A stretch of 64,000 bases of DNA from Amoebophrya sp. A120 (lineage: Eukaryota > Protista > Dinoflagellata): positions 3,086,802 through 3,150,801 of the forward strand of contig CAJINV010000012.1 in NCBI GenBank assembly GCA_905178155.1. Direction: 5' to 3'. The position numbers and the translations under genes were made by a program. Positions 1 to 12,700 of the stretch are shown one piece after another. A model generated the notes under the pieces. The model was not told where the DNA came from. It did no database searches and worked only from the letters and a program-made list of their open reading frames with translations. Within the stretch, counting starts at the first letter, position 1. Every line of letters starts with the position of its first letter.

Positions 1-2112
1 ACGTGGAAAATGTGTTTTACTACGGGTACGTCGTCCCCTTCGTCGATTTGGCGGTTTTCGTCGGCGAAGCGAGCTACTTCTGGAGCCTGTACTGGAGCAA
101 AAAATTGGAGGACAGCGCCATCGAGTTCTATGACCAGTCCGTGTCGAATTTCCACCTGTTGGTGAAAAAATCCGAGTTCTGGTTCCGCACGTTCGTCAAG
201 GACCTGTTTTTCGACGAAAAATTTTACCTGAAACTGCTCTTGCAGGACTACTTCAGCACGAAAGAATCTGCTACTTCTCCCGCGAACAAAATACGCGGCG
301 GGGGAGTAGAGGGAAGTAAAACCAATGTCGTGATGAAGAACGGGCACGAGATGGCCAAGCTGTGGATCCAGAAGCACCTGAACCTGGACGTGACCTCGCG
401 GGAGTATTTTTTGCAGGTGAAAAAGGAGGAGGAAATCTTGCAGAAGAAGCTATAACCCGCTCAGGCGTTACAATCTCAAGCGTTACAATAGAATTTGGAA
501 ATCTGTGATGCAAGAAGTGCATAATCCAGGCAGCCAAGTCCGATGTGACTGCGCATGACAAGTTCCGGAGTCCCAAACCGCACTACAATCTGCCGAAATT
601 TGTGTTGCAGAAAGTGGAATGGTCTGCGAGTCTGTCATGCTCACTATGCAAGACAAATTCCAGATTCGATTGTAACGTTTGAGATTGTAATGTTTGAGCA
701 GGTCATAGAAGCAGGAGCAAGAAGAAATCAAGCGGAAACTCGCGGAGGAGCATATCACGAGGAAAAATCCCCCCCTCCCCATATCAAAGGGAAGTTTCTG
801 ATGCTGGATTTGCGTATACAAATCAGGTTTGTCTTGCAGTAGAGGACAGCAGGCTCCTGCCAAGCCTGAGTAGAGAGCTTTTGGCCTAGGCGCTTAGCAT
901 GAGAAACGTCTATGCTGTAGGCCCAACAGCATCACAAACGGCCTGCATAATGCGGCAGAGCCTGCGGAGTTGTCTTCTTGCAGGACAGACGTGATTTGTG
1001 GTCTCAAATCAGCAAGACAAATCTCCGGAAACATACCTTTTCGATGTGGGGAGTGGGGATTTTTCCTCTCAATAGAACAGGTGAAGGAAATGGAACGCGA
1101 GGCCCGGGCCGCCAAGGAAAAAGCGGAAAAGGAGCGGGCCGAGCTGTGCGAGAACAGCTTTATCAAGGGCGAAAACGGGGAAATCTTGCCCAACACGGCG
1201 TGCCACGAGTTTCAGTTCCCGAGTGACGCGGTGGAAGTAGCGGAAAGTATTGCAACGGGAAGCGCAACAAGCATTAACTCAACGGCTGGTGGAAGCACTA
1301 CCGCTGCTTCCACGGGGGAAAACAGCAACAGCACAGCAACGGCTTCTTCAGAAAGAAAGACCGAGGCGTCGTCGTCGTCGACGCAACAGTTGCAACAGGA
1401 TCAAATCATACCCGTCGAGTTGGATGTGCATGCGAAGCGGGCTATCCTGAGGAAAAACGTCCCCACCCCATAGTCAAGATGGGAATCTCGCAACACAAAT
1501 CGAGAAGTTTTGGGAGTCAAGCATGACAAGTTCCTCTCTGTAGTGTAGTGCAGTTTAGCAAGTACAGCCGCAACACATATCCATCTAGTCAGCTTGTTTA
1601 CAGCATTACAAAGTCCAAAACACGATTGGAAATGCCTCGCATGGGGATGCGCATTACAAATCTTCCTGTAACTGCAAATCTGCATGACAAGTATGGGGTG
1701 GGGACGTTTTTACTCAGCATACGGGCCGAGGGCTTTCTGGACACGGATTTCGCAAAATACGACAAGGACCCGTCTGCAGTGGACGGCATTTCGCAGTTGG
1801 AGTGGTATTATAGGAATCCTTGTTTGACATGCACTACAAATCCACTTGATTAAGTATTGTCTTTCCTTTCTTTGCATACAAAATGCCTGGACATGTAGTT
1901 CGAGAATCTTGAGTCTTCCATAGCTCCTCGCTGCCTGTGAAGATGCATAAAATTCAGCAGTGCACAAATGAAAATCCCTCAGGTTCTACTTTCTGTTCAC
2001 CGAGCCCTACAGCCTCCAGGCGCTGTTTTACACCACCACCATGGACAAAGTCTTGGTCTACAGTTCGATTTTGGTCCCCACCTTTCTGTTCTTCAGCTTC
2101 CTGGCCGGGTAA
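1..2112 (+). CDS. Hypothetical membrane-anchored protein, 5' end outside window; 3 introners plus 1 GT-AG intron (1805-1982)
   Basis: Manual splicing gives a continuous frame ...ILQKKQEQEEIKRKLAEEQVKEMER...HAKRAEGFLDTDF...LEWFYFLFTEPY...FFSFLAG, TAA at 2110-2112. Confidence 0.7.
451..707. mobile_element. Introner, family D
   Basis: TIR TATAACCCGCTCAGGCGTTACAATCTC; DR GAAGC/GAAGC. Confidence 0.92.
753..1074. mobile_element. Introner, family C
   Basis: TIR TATCACGAGGAAAAATCCCC; DR GAGCA/GAACA. Confidence 0.9.
1443..1721. mobile_element. Introner, family B
   Basis: TIR TATCCTGAGGAAAAACGTCCCCACCCCA; DR CGGGC. Confidence 0.92.
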
Positions 2113-2921
2113 GAGTCGACGTCTTGTCTGCGTTTGTCAAGAAGCTGATTGAAGATGTACGACAAACTGATAAAAATGGGGAACGAATGCTAGATTTGCA
2201 TGCCGAATGGAATTAGAATGTAAATACAAATTGGAAAATGATGAAGATTCAACCTGTATTGTAAAAAACTACGAGTAATAAGGAACGCGCTCTTCTCATT
2301 CTCTCATGCTGATTTCTTTGATAGTACACCATTTTCAATTCGTCAATCGCGACGACAAAGTCAGCTCTTGATAATTAGTAAAAAATCGCACCACACGACC
2401 GGAGCTACTTACTTCTTTACTGGCACCAACCGAGCTACTGGCACCAACAATGCTGCCGTTTTGTGTTATGATGTTCTGTGTGATGGTCGCTGAAAATTTG
2501 GTATTTCTGAAGGGCATTCCTGGCTGTGGTTTGCACGAGGTGTTGGGTAGTAGTACCACATGGGAGAACAAGCGGTGGTCACAGTCAGCTACTAACTTGG
2601 AAAGGAGCGTGGTGGCAGCGGGTGATGTGGAGTACGTTGTTGTTTGCTTTATAGCAGGGGCAGCAGCGACAAAAAACTCGCTCCTGCGCCGCGCATGGAT
2701 CACAAGAGAGAACAAGAGAGCTGTCAATTCTGATCGAGGTGTAGTACAAGCGCGAGAGAGATGTCTAGATACATGTGCCTACACCTAGTCATAAGGCCAC
2801 CTGTCAAAGTTGTGCAACCACAAACGTTATCCACAATATCATCTTCCTAGCCTCGTCGGTCCGTCTTTCGAAAATTGTATCAAAAGCTCCCTACGACCAC
2901 CATCTTCACATTTTACACAAA

Positions 2922-5776
2922 ATGCCTCCTGCTCCCGAGCGGGTCGAGACCGAAGATGTTTCGCCCCCGATTTCTCCGCAGAGCTCGATTTCCCGCGAAA
3001 TCTCGGGCAGTTTCGGGATTTCGCCCCGTGCGGCTAACGTGTTTCGCCGAAGGGCGACTTTTATGCATGGCAAATATGTCTGGGTCTGAAAGGATGTAAC
3101 TTGTGATGCTGCATTTGGATACTGCAAAAATCTGTACTGCATGAACAGCAAAAGATGCTCAGTTTTTGCCACGGCGAAAGGGCATTTCTCATGCGTTATA
3201 GGCATCAGGAAGGCCTCACAAAATCTGTGATGCTAGAGCATGCATCACAGAAGTCAGGAGTCCTGCAAAATGTGCATGACAAAGCTTGCATCCTTCCAGA
3301 CCCAGACATATTTGCATTCGATAACTTTGATCCACGAGACCCGGGCGCAGAAATCTTGGGTCGATTGGTGCCGGTACAAGGGGCGGGAAAAGATTGAGCG
3401 GTTTTTGGAAAGCGACCGCTACATGCAGACCTTCATGCTGGCCTGCGTGTTTCTTTCCACCGTGACATTCTGCTGGGAAACGATGGAGGACTACCAGGAG
3501 CGGTACAAGCTGTACTGGAAGTCGATGGAATTGTATGAAATGCAAATACTTATTTCTGGGCCTGGAAGATTGCCACGCTCGTCATGCATATTGTGCATGA
3601 CTCATGATGCCTGTAATGCATAACCTGGCATCACAGATTTTGAGAGGGCTTTCTGATGCGTATTCCGCATAAGGAATGCCCTGTCCGCGTAGCACAAAGT
3701 GGACTTCTTTTGCTGTTTATGCAATACACATTTTTTTGGAATCCGAAGGCAGCATCACAAGTTGCAATTTTCCAGACACCGACAACACATTTGCATTTCA
3801 TAAATTGGTTTTCGTCACGATTTTCACGATCGAATACCTCGCGCGGTTGACCGTCACCAGTAAACCCTACAGGGAATTCCTCCTCACCCCGCTGAACATT
3901 TTAGACGTCGTTTCCGTCGTGCCAACCTGGGTGTCATTGCTGGCCGAAGACGGGTATGGATTGCAAAAATGTCTGGGTCTGGAATATTGCAACTTGTCAT
4001 GCTGTCTTTGGATTCCCAAAAAATCTGTATTGCGTGACCAGCAACAGGAGCCCAGTTTGTGTTACGCGGAGAGGGCATTTCTCATGCGGAATAGGCATCA
4101 GGAAGCCCTCTAAAAATCTGTGATGCTAGATCATGCATTACATGCATCATGGACGACACAAAATATGCAACACAAATCTCAGAATCTTCCAGACCCAGAC
4201 ATTTTTGCATTTGATAACGGCTACTGGATCCACGACCAGCGCATCTTCCGGATTATGACCTGCTCAAACGTTACAATCTCAAACGCTACAATAGAGTCTG
4301 GGTTTTGTATTGCATGATGAGCATGACAGACTCGGACAGCATTCCACTTTCTGCAATACAAATTTCGCCAGATTGTAGGGGGGATTGGGGCTCCAGAACT
4401 TGTCATGCGCAATCCTATGAGAGTTGGCTAGATAATGCACTTCCTGCAACACAAATTCCAGACTTTACTGCAACGTTTGAGATTGTAATGCCTGAGCGGG
4501 GTATACGGATTTTCCGGCTCTTCTGGGTGTTCAAGTTCGGAAGACATTCCACCGAAATGAACTACATTGTCACGGGCATGATCGTATCAAATACCACTAT
4601 GTCTGGGTCTGGAAGAGTGCAGACATTTGTGATGCAATTTTTGCGTGACGCAAATCGTTGGGCATGCAAGCCCTAGCATCACAGGTTTATTCGAGCAGGT
4701 ATTCCAATTCCTAATCCGCATGACAAATCCCTCCTCCTGTGACAAGAAGTGGAGCCTTTTGTTGGCCATGCATGACAGATTCTGGCATGATGTAAAATTG
4801 GCATCACAAATTCCATTTTTTCCAGACCCAGACATATTAATTTGCAGTGGATAGATCGAGAGCAGGACGTCCTTCTTGCTGTTGTCCACGTTTCTGGTCT
4901 TGGCACTGGTACGTTGTTGATCGACAAGTTTGAAAGTTTTTTGTCATGCTTGTCGTGCTTGACTTGCATCTTTTATCATGCGGAATTGATATTATCACGC
5001 GCACTATCCACTTCTACCAAGGTTTTCTTCTCCTATCTCATGTTTTCCGTCGAACGAGGCGAGTGGGACGAAGCCCGAGGCTGTTTTGCCCGCGCGGACG
5101 AGCCCCACTACAGCGGTTGCAGTCCCTATGCGGACGTGCCAACCGCGATCTACTGGGCAATAACGACGGTGACGACGGTCGGGTACGGGGATACCTACCC
5201 GATCACCGCTTGGGGCAAGCTGGTAACGGGCGCTTGCATGGTGTGCGGGATTTTCTGTGTCGCCTGTCCAACAACCGTGCTCGGAGTGGAGTTTGGAAGT
5301 ATTTGTGTTGCGCTGTGTGCAATAAAACGGTGTTTTGTCATGCGAATTAACGCAAGAACGACGAAAATTTTGATTTCATTGACAACAGAATTAGCATCAA
5401 ATGATGAAATTTTCACCTCCCAGACCTCTTCAACCTGACGAAGCTGGAAGCCCGGCGCAAGGTTGCGAGAGGGGAGATGGTGAACATGACAAAAGAGGAG
5501 CTGGAGCTGATCGGTCTGTTGAAGAAGCTCGGGAAGGCGCGGGGCAGCATGGAGAAGAAGGTGATGTTGATTCGGCAAATTTTGCAAAAGGATGTCTCGA
5601 CGAGTCAGACGACGTCTTCGCGTAGGAAGGGGAGTTCTGAAATCGACAACCACGCCGCGAAATTACTAAGCAGTGACTCCGCGGAAGTGATGGACCAATA
5701 CGAAGATTTTTTGTGTCGGACTGTGGAGAATGGGAGGATAGAGTCGGCGCTGAGAGTGGCGCTGGATAAGGATTGA
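2922..5776 (+). CDS. Voltage-gated potassium channel (6TM, Kv-like); 5 introners plus GT-AG introns 4909-5021 and 5299-5423
   Basis: Spliced product has S2 ELVFVTIFTIEYLARL, S3 LNILDVVSVVP, S4 RIFRIFRLFWVFKFGRHS and pore YWAITTVTTVGYGDTYP. Confidence 0.95.
3062..3323. mobile_element. Introner, family A
   Basis: TIR TAT..GCAAATATGTCTGGGTCTG; DR ACTTT. Confidence 0.92.
3534..3802. mobile_element. Introner, family A
   Basis: TIR; DR AATTG. Confidence 0.9.
3955..4216. mobile_element. Introner, family A
   Basis: TIR; DR ACGGG/ACGGC. Confidence 0.9.
4254..4505. mobile_element. Introner, family D, inverted relative to 451-707
   Basis: TIR; DR CGGAT. Confidence 0.92.
4585..4853. mobile_element. 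Introner, family A
   Basis: TIR; DR GATCG. Confidence 0.9.
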
Positions 5777-6219
5777 GGTTGGTAGCGGTGGGGTGTTATC
5801 AGTGAAATCCAGGAAATATGCGACGCCCGTCTTTTTATCGTTTTCTTTTCCTCTTGTTTCACCACAAGAACGATCGAGTTTATATCAACTCGAAGGATTT
5901 TGGGATCGCGAGGAGACTAAGGAAGTATTTTCTCATATCGATGACTGGGTCGTATGGGCTCCAGGTCCCACTGATAAGCGTTTTCAAAAGCGTTCAGCAC
6001 ACAGTAGCACTTTGCTACTTTGCAGTGGTAAATTCAATTGCGTTCCATAATGGTAAAAGGTTCGGAAAAGAGTCGCCTGAAACCTTGCGAGCGGTCACTT
6101 CGAGTGAGACTGAGAGGCGCGCTGCCACTGTTGATGGTGATCAAAAGTAAGATGCTTCGTGTCACAATGCGCATTCTATCCCGGCAGGATTCGTCAGTTT
6201 CTCTGTTCTGCGGGATAGA

Positions 6220-7590
6220 ATGCTGAAGCGGGGCGCTCCGGCGCGCGCTCTGTCGGGCGGTAGAGAGTTTTTGGACTATGCGGGCTTTTGCGACTACGTC
6301 CGACCCCTGCAGTTTTCGTCCGTGCGACAATACAAGGATTGGGTTCATACAGACGCGCGACCGCCAACTGTACCAGTGTGTCCACATATTATGTACAAGA
6401 ATACCGGCTGGACTTCGTGGACAAAGGCCCTCGGGTATGAACGCGAGAAGCACTACAACCGGTTTCGGGAAGTACGTGACTTGCAGCGGTCACGGACGAT
6501 GACCCGGAGCCGTGGCGCAACGACGAACGGCATCGCACTGCAGCAATTTTGCGATGCGATCAAAAGCAAATCCGGCGACTACGACTTCCTGTGGCTGCGT
6601 GGCGGCCGACTGGGATTGCTCTTCCGTCAGCGAGAAGCGGTAGCAGATAAGTGGTGCGCGATTCAAGTCAGGACGGCCGAAGTGCGACGCGAATCAGTCC
6701 ACAAGAAAATGGAGTTCCGATTTCACGATGTTGGCCTGGCTGGGCGCGGTACCGAAATCGGAGTCCTCACGGCGTGTGCGAAAGAAGGGAAAATGCAACT
6801 GCAATCCTACAGCGACATAGAACGAGAAGCATCACACCGAACCCGATTTTACCTCTGGTTGCCCGAGCTGCGCGCGGTCAATGTAAGTGAAATGTTAGGC
6901 ACGCTAGACGAAATGTGGAGCACACTGCCGCGGTTGCCAAGCGCCCATTGGATAAATCTTTCCCTGCAGAACACGCGACTTCGGCTCTCCGCGGTTTTGT
7001 TGTCACAGGTGGTGCAGCATCTGTACATTCCGAGCGCCCTGGAGCTACGCTTCGTGTGTCATCGTGGTGACTTTAATTCCTACGACGCAATCGTGGGGTC
7101 CGCACGAATGATACACCGCACGGCGTGTCTTCTTCCGGGAGATAGCGGTAAAGTGAAGGTCAAGCTAACCCACCCCGTCACCACGGACGCGAACGTTCTC
7201 GAGTCGTTCACCTTAGACAGGAGCGATCCCTTCGATTTTCTGACAGTCTTCGTACGGGAAGGAGACCTGCTCGTCGGGCTTTTCCTTCTGCCGAAGAGTG
7301 CACTCGATGCTGCGGGCGTGCTGTCGCGAAGTCGTGCAGGGGGTCAGTCGTGCGTTGTCCTGAGTCCGCCCGGTAGCCGGCCGACTTTGCCCAAAATCGC
7401 CAAGGTTGTCCCGGACGAGGAGAAGTTTTATATCGATGTTGCAACAGAAAACGCAGCTCCAGCACGAAAAGCTGAAGCAGTGAACCAATTCAAGCGGATC
7501 ATGCAGGAATTTGGCAGTGATCTCGCACAATTGGCATCCGCCGACTCTAGGGAAGATAGCAATCCGGCTTCGACATTCATTTCCGAGTGA
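6220..7590 (+). CDS. Intronless 456-aa protein, paralog of 8085-9443; N-terminal P..P...YK..GW.SW..ALG module and putative degenerate PD-(D/E)xK-like folds
   Basis: Long uninterrupted ORF; shares blocks with its neighbour (FCDYVR/FCEYVR, DF.FLW.RGG..GLLFR, WCAIQVRTAE, ARM.HRT, FTLD..DPFD.L). Fold assignment is inference. Confidence 0.85.
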   Translation: MLKRGAPARALSGGREFLDYAGFCDYVRPLQFSSVRQYKDWVHTDARPPTVPVCPHIMYKNTGWTSWTKALGYEREKHYNRFREVRDLQRSRTMTRSRGATTNGIALQQFCDAIKSKSGDYDFLWLRGGRLGLLFRQREAVADKWCAIQVRTAEVRRESVHKKMEFRFHDVGLAGRGTEIGVLTACAKEGKMQLQSYSDIEREASHRTRFYLWLPELRAVNVSEMLGTLDEMWSTLPRLPSAHWINLSLQNTRLRLSAVLLSQVVQHLYIPSALELRFVCHRGDFNSYDAIVGSARMIHRTACLLPGDSGKVKVKLTHPVTTDANVLESFTLDRSDPFDFLTVFVREGDLLVGLFLLPKSALDAAGVLSRSRAGGQSCVVLSPPGSRPTLPKIAKVVPDEEKFYIDVATENAAPARKAEAVNQFKRIMQEFGSDLAQLASADSREDSNPASTFISE

Positions 7591-8084
7591 AAATTCAACG
7601 TCTGAACTTGATCAATTACCTCGCCCCAAAAATGAGGAACGAACGCTGCGCGGATTTGCAGTGCCGGCTTCCATTCGGATTGCGTGAGGCGATGACTGTA
7701 GCACGCCAAGGATTTATGTGCTGCGGAGCGGCTTTCCGTGATTGTGGCGGAATAGGGAATGTGACATTCTACATACGAGAGCGGGCGTATCCGTACACAC
7801 ACATCAAAAATACTTTCTAATTCGATCTATGCAACAGTAGCAACGTTTGAGAAGTATCACTGAAACTAATAGACAACTCATCGAATCATATCATCCTGCC
7901 TCGCTTTTTGCCGGTCCTCATGATGGTGTTGGAGGTCAGTTACTTACGTCGGGGTCAGCAAACATGAGAGGAGGGAGAATGCACTGCTCCTGTGCAAATA
8001 CCTGGGTGTGGTCCAAATAGTTTTAAATCGATACCTGTCACCAGCTGAGAGCACCAGGAGAGCTGAAGCTCCGCGCCAAACAAG

Positions 8085-9443
8085 ATGTTCAAGCGTTTTT
8101 CTCCGTTGCTTGGCCGAGGGCGTCCCAAATGCGCAGACTTCTTGGAATTCGGTGGATTTTGCGAGTACGTCCGGGAGTTGAAATTCCGCGACGTTCTTCA
8201 GTACCAGAACTGGGTCCGCCACGGGTCGTGCCCGAAAATGATACCGCACTGTCCGGACAAAGTGTACAAAGACCGTGGTTGGGTGTCGTGGAGGCACGCG
8301 CTGGGGTATACTCACGAATGCAAGCACAATAAAGTGCAAGACTTCGACGAGTTGCCGCGCGCCGAGACCCTCTGGCGCGGTCGCGGAATGACAAATAATC
8401 GCGTAGCGCAGGAACAGTTTTACAAGCAGATCACCGGCGCAACTTCTGACTTTGAGTTCCTGTGGGTTCGAGGTGGTCTTGCCGGCCTGCTTTTTCGCCG
8501 CACCGGCGCGCCCGACAAAAGATGGTGCGCGATTCAAGTTCGAACGGCGGAGTGTCGGCGGAAAGCACCTTCGGGGGAGATGAAGTTCCGGCTAGTGGAC
8601 GTTGGCGTTCCCGCTACCGACGCAGGAATCCTCGTGGTTGCTCCAAGTGAAAACAAGATGCAGCTCTTTGCCCATTCCGAACTGGAAGCGTGCTGCGAGA
8701 GCAAGACCACAGCGTGCCGAAATTCGATCTGGATGTCGGATATTGCAACAGCGAGTACATGTGACTTGACACGGAATCTGTTTGGACTTTGGGATGTACT
8801 GCCACGATTCGAGTGCGCAGAGTGGATGAGAATTCTGGTCCGCAGTCGGCTGCACCGGTTGCACGCTCTTGTCATTCCGCAGCTGATCGACAGGCTGTAC
8901 AAGCCCAGCGGTCTCCCGTACAGCTTCGTCACGAAATGGGGCAAGTTGAACGCTTCGGACATGATCGTTGGTCCGGCACGCATGTTGCATCGAACGGGCG
9001 TCCACACACGACAGCGAGACGGAAGAATCAAAGTCAAGGCCACGGCAGAAGTGAAAACGGATACGAAAGAGGTGCAGCGATTTACACTGGACACCGGGGA
9101 TCCATTCGATTATCTTGTTGTTCCGGTCCACGTGGACGAAGTCGTCCGTGGCGTCTACGCTTTGCCAAAAGTGGCTCTGGCTTCCGCGAACGTTCTGTCG
9201 CGCAATCGAGTTGGAGGACGGTCCGCATTTACGCTGTACCCCCCTGGATGTGGATCGGATCGGCGAGTGCAGTACCGGGCTATCCCCGGCGAAGAACGGT
9301 TTTACGTGGACATGTCGTCTTCTGGTGTTGAGGTGGAGAAGTTTGCGGGTTTGTTGCGAGACCACAGCGACAGCACTACTGGTGCGTCCGCTTGTCCGGA
9401 GACGCCTTTTGAAGATTCTTCCCAAGACAAAAATGATGAGTAG
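8085..9443 (+). CDS. Intronless 452-aa protein, tandem paralog of 6220-7590
   Basis: Long ORF, colinear similarity to the upstream paralog over nearly its full length. Confidence 0.85.
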   Translation: MFKRFSPLLGRGRPKCADFLEFGGFCEYVRELKFRDVLQYQNWVRHGSCPKMIPHCPDKVYKDRGWVSWRHALGYTHECKHNKVQDFDELPRAETLWRGRGMTNNRVAQEQFYKQITGATSDFEFLWVRGGLAGLLFRRTGAPDKRWCAIQVRTAECRRKAPSGEMKFRLVDVGVPATDAGILVVAPSENKMQLFAHSELEACCESKTTACRNSIWMSDIATASTCDLTRNLFGLWDVLPRFECAEWMRILVRSRLHRLHALVIPQLIDRLYKPSGLPYSFVTKWGKLNASDMIVGPARMLHRTGVHTRQRDGRIKVKATAEVKTDTKEVQRFTLDTGDPFDYLVVPVHVDEVVRGVYALPKVALASANVLSRNRVGGRSAFTLYPPGCGSDRRVQYRAIPGEERFYVDMSSSGVEVEKFAGLLRDHSDSTTGASACPETPFEDSSQDKNDE

Positions 9444-9791
9444 ATGAGACTTCTAACGGTCGCAGTGCAATGAATTCGCGGAATATCATCGGCCTGGAAA
9501 AAACCGGAACTTGCTTTCTCCATCTGGCCGCAATTATAGAGGAGAGTGTTTATTTTTAGAGTCGCCGTCGAGTGAAATTAGAACGGTATTTAAGAATTCC
9601 ATGAATGGTACTAGATACACGCACCGCTGAACGATTCGCCCGTTGTCAACTGCACAAAGCATTATGCACTACTCATAGCCTGTGTTACAGCGTACTATTA
9701 CAGAATGATGTTGACCTTTTGATGCAAAATCTCGAATGCATGCGGCGTTGTAAACTTCTTTGCTAGAAGAAAGCCAAGCCCTTGCGCCATT

Positions 9792-12700
9792 ATGTCCTCC
9801 TGCCTCGCCGCCTGCCGGTCCAGCACGGCGAAATTTTCCCACGGTTTCCACCAAAAACTGTGCACCCAAGCCGTTCTCCGGCCCTGTTTGACCCTCTCGG
9901 TTATCATCTTCACGGTTATTTTCCTGACCACGCTCGCCTTCCTCACGAAAGCCGACTTTCCCGATGAGGATCAGCGATCGAAAGACTCCGTGGACATGTG
10001 GCGGGTCCGGGACAACGAAATTATGCGCACCGAAGACGCGTATTACTCCGCCCTGGGCCACCGAGCGCGGTGGGTTGAGGCAGAATCGCGGTTCGAAACG
10101 GAACAGGAATACATTGACTGGAGGGACAGCAAAATCCGGTACCCGTCTTATCCATTGTAGAAACAACGTCGATCCCCACTCCAATCTTGTCATGCCAAAC
10201 TCGCAGACGCTTCTATCTTTGGTTGCATAGAAGCAGCGCTTACATCTTCTCGACTCTGGGGCGGGGAGAACGACGTGGGTTTTTCCACAGGATTCCATTC
10301 GGCACGACGTGAAAGAACTACTCTTCGGCCCAGCGCCCGTGCAGTCCTCGGAGCTCGGCGGCCGGACGCAGATTTACTATCGGTCGGTGGATCGTAGCCG
10401 CAAGATCTTTACGCCGCAAAATTTGAAGGCGATGTGCCTACTGGAACTATGAAATGCAAAAATGTCTCTGGGTCTGGAAGAATCCGAAATTTGTTATGCT
10501 GTTTTTGCATGACACAGAATGTCTGTCATGGAAGCCCTAGCATCACAGCTTTTTAGAGGCCCTCCTGGTGCCTATTCCGCATGACAAATGCCCTCCACGC
10601 GTAGCACAAACCGGACTCCTCTTGCTGGTCATGCAATACAGAATTTTTTAGAGTGCAAAGTTAGCATCACAAGTTCCAACCTTCCAGACCCAGACATTTT
10701 TGCAATCGATAGGAACGGGTGTGGCACGAGATTGGGAAACTGGGGGACAAAATATGCAGCGCAAGTATAATGTCTGGGTCGGGAAAAAATATTAAAGTGG
10801 AGCTTGTATTGCATGTGTTGCATTTTTAAAAGATCTGTATTGCACAGCCTGCAAATAAGGCTCCGCTTTTGCGGCATACAAAGACGCAGTTTGTCATGCG
10901 TGCTACGCATCAGACTGCGTCAGGTAAACTTGTAATGCTTGGCTGCTGCACTTGAGAGCGCCAGGCTTATTCATACTTTAGCATCACAAGTTTCGTGCAG
11001 GCCCAGACATATGTGCATTTGATACAAAAGTAAATTCTACCAGTCCGGCGCACGGATCTCTCGCATGGTGCAAATCTACGCCGGGAATCTCTTAAATCGG
11101 CCGTTTACGTTTCCGATAACCGATTGCGACGTGACCGCGACCATGTCGCAACAGCAGGTGGACACGATTGTCAACAACGAAATCTACGCGAAGTACAATA
11201 GCGGCGACTACGGGTACGGGTTTTTTCTCGACCGGGATTTTCCAACGAACGGCTACGCCGTGGCGACGCGGTCGGGTTTCTCGGGGTTGGACGGGGAAGA
11301 CGAAATTGGCGGCGAGGGCTTGGACAAGCTGCAAGAATTTCTCGGGGTGGAAGACACCTTTTTCAATCCGAGATTTCTGTACGAGAAATGGTATATTCTG
11401 CCGAACAGCCACGGGCAGGTCGAGGTGCGCATCATGGACCCACTCATGAAAGACGCGGCGGGGCAGGAGCTCGCGCTGGGTCGGGATTTGACGCTCGGAC
11501 TGCCCCTGACTTTCATCGCGGTGTGGGTCGTGGTGTACGTGCACACCGGCTCGCTTTTCTCCGCTTGTCTCGTGCTTCTTTTTGTCCTGTTCGCGATGAT
11601 GGGTGGCTTTATCGGGTACTATCTACTCGCCCGACTGGCTTACTTTGACTCCTTTCTGCAGCTGACGCTGTTCGTGATGCTGGCGGTCGGGGCGGACAAC
11701 TTTTTTGTGATGTGGGAGGCGGTCAAGATTGAAAAAGAGAAAGCGAACGTCGATGGGGAAAAGGAAATGAAAAAGGAGCATGATCTACTTCTTCAAGACC
11801 ACAACTCCTCCCTTATGATCCAAAAGTCGGCGACAGTATTGAACAAGAAGTCCTCGTCTGCTTCATCTTCACCTCAGCACCAGCCACTTCCGAAGGCCAT
11901 TTTGAACACGAAGAGCAGACGAAAAGTTTCGCTCTACCTGGCGCTACTTCGGGCGTCAAAGCGGGCGTCGGCGTCGATGTTTGAGACCAGTTTCACCACC
12001 GCCATGGCGTTTTTTTCCATGGTGATGTCCAAAGTCTCCCCCGTAGCGCACTTCGGGTTTTTCGCGGGCTTTATGATTGTGTCCGGCTACGTGCTAGCCG
12101 TCATCGCCTTTCCGCAGGTCATCGGCCTGTTCTACCTCCGTTTCGAAAAGGGCGGCCGCAGTTTTCCGGAGGTAGAGAACTCTGGTTCCGCGCCGGAGCA
12201 GGAGCAGAACCAAAACAAATTCGGCGCTTCTACTACCGCTGCAGTTTCCGCCTGGGAGGAAGGGGACAAAGACGAGGACAGGAGCCTTGTTGAGACGAGA
12301 AAGCCAGACGCAACACTAGCAGACGCCAGTACAATATCGTACGAAAAAAGTGTTTCACTGTAAGGATTTTGCAAGTTTTGCATCACAAGTTTGTTCTGCA
12401 TGACAGAGAAAATTTGCCATGCGAGATTTCCAAGGGAAAACACCGCTAAAAATCCATTGTCTTGCATGTGTAGCAAGACAAACACTTCTGAGATACATCT
12501 TCTGCATTAAAACAGTTTTTCCTTGCGATATACAACGAAGCCAGACCATGTGGAGGTGGAAGAAACCGTGACCAAGAATCCCGCGCACGAAGTAGCTGTT
12601 ATGTATTGCAAATGTGTCTGGGTCTGGAAAGTCGTGAAGCCTGTATTGCTTGTCTTGGATTTTTCCTGTAAGATCTGTATAATGCATCATGATCAACAAT

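Noticed and set aside
7944-9425. Minus-strand ORFs of 197, 186 and 277 aa
   Set aside because: Antisense shadows of the GC-rich + strand gene 8085-9443
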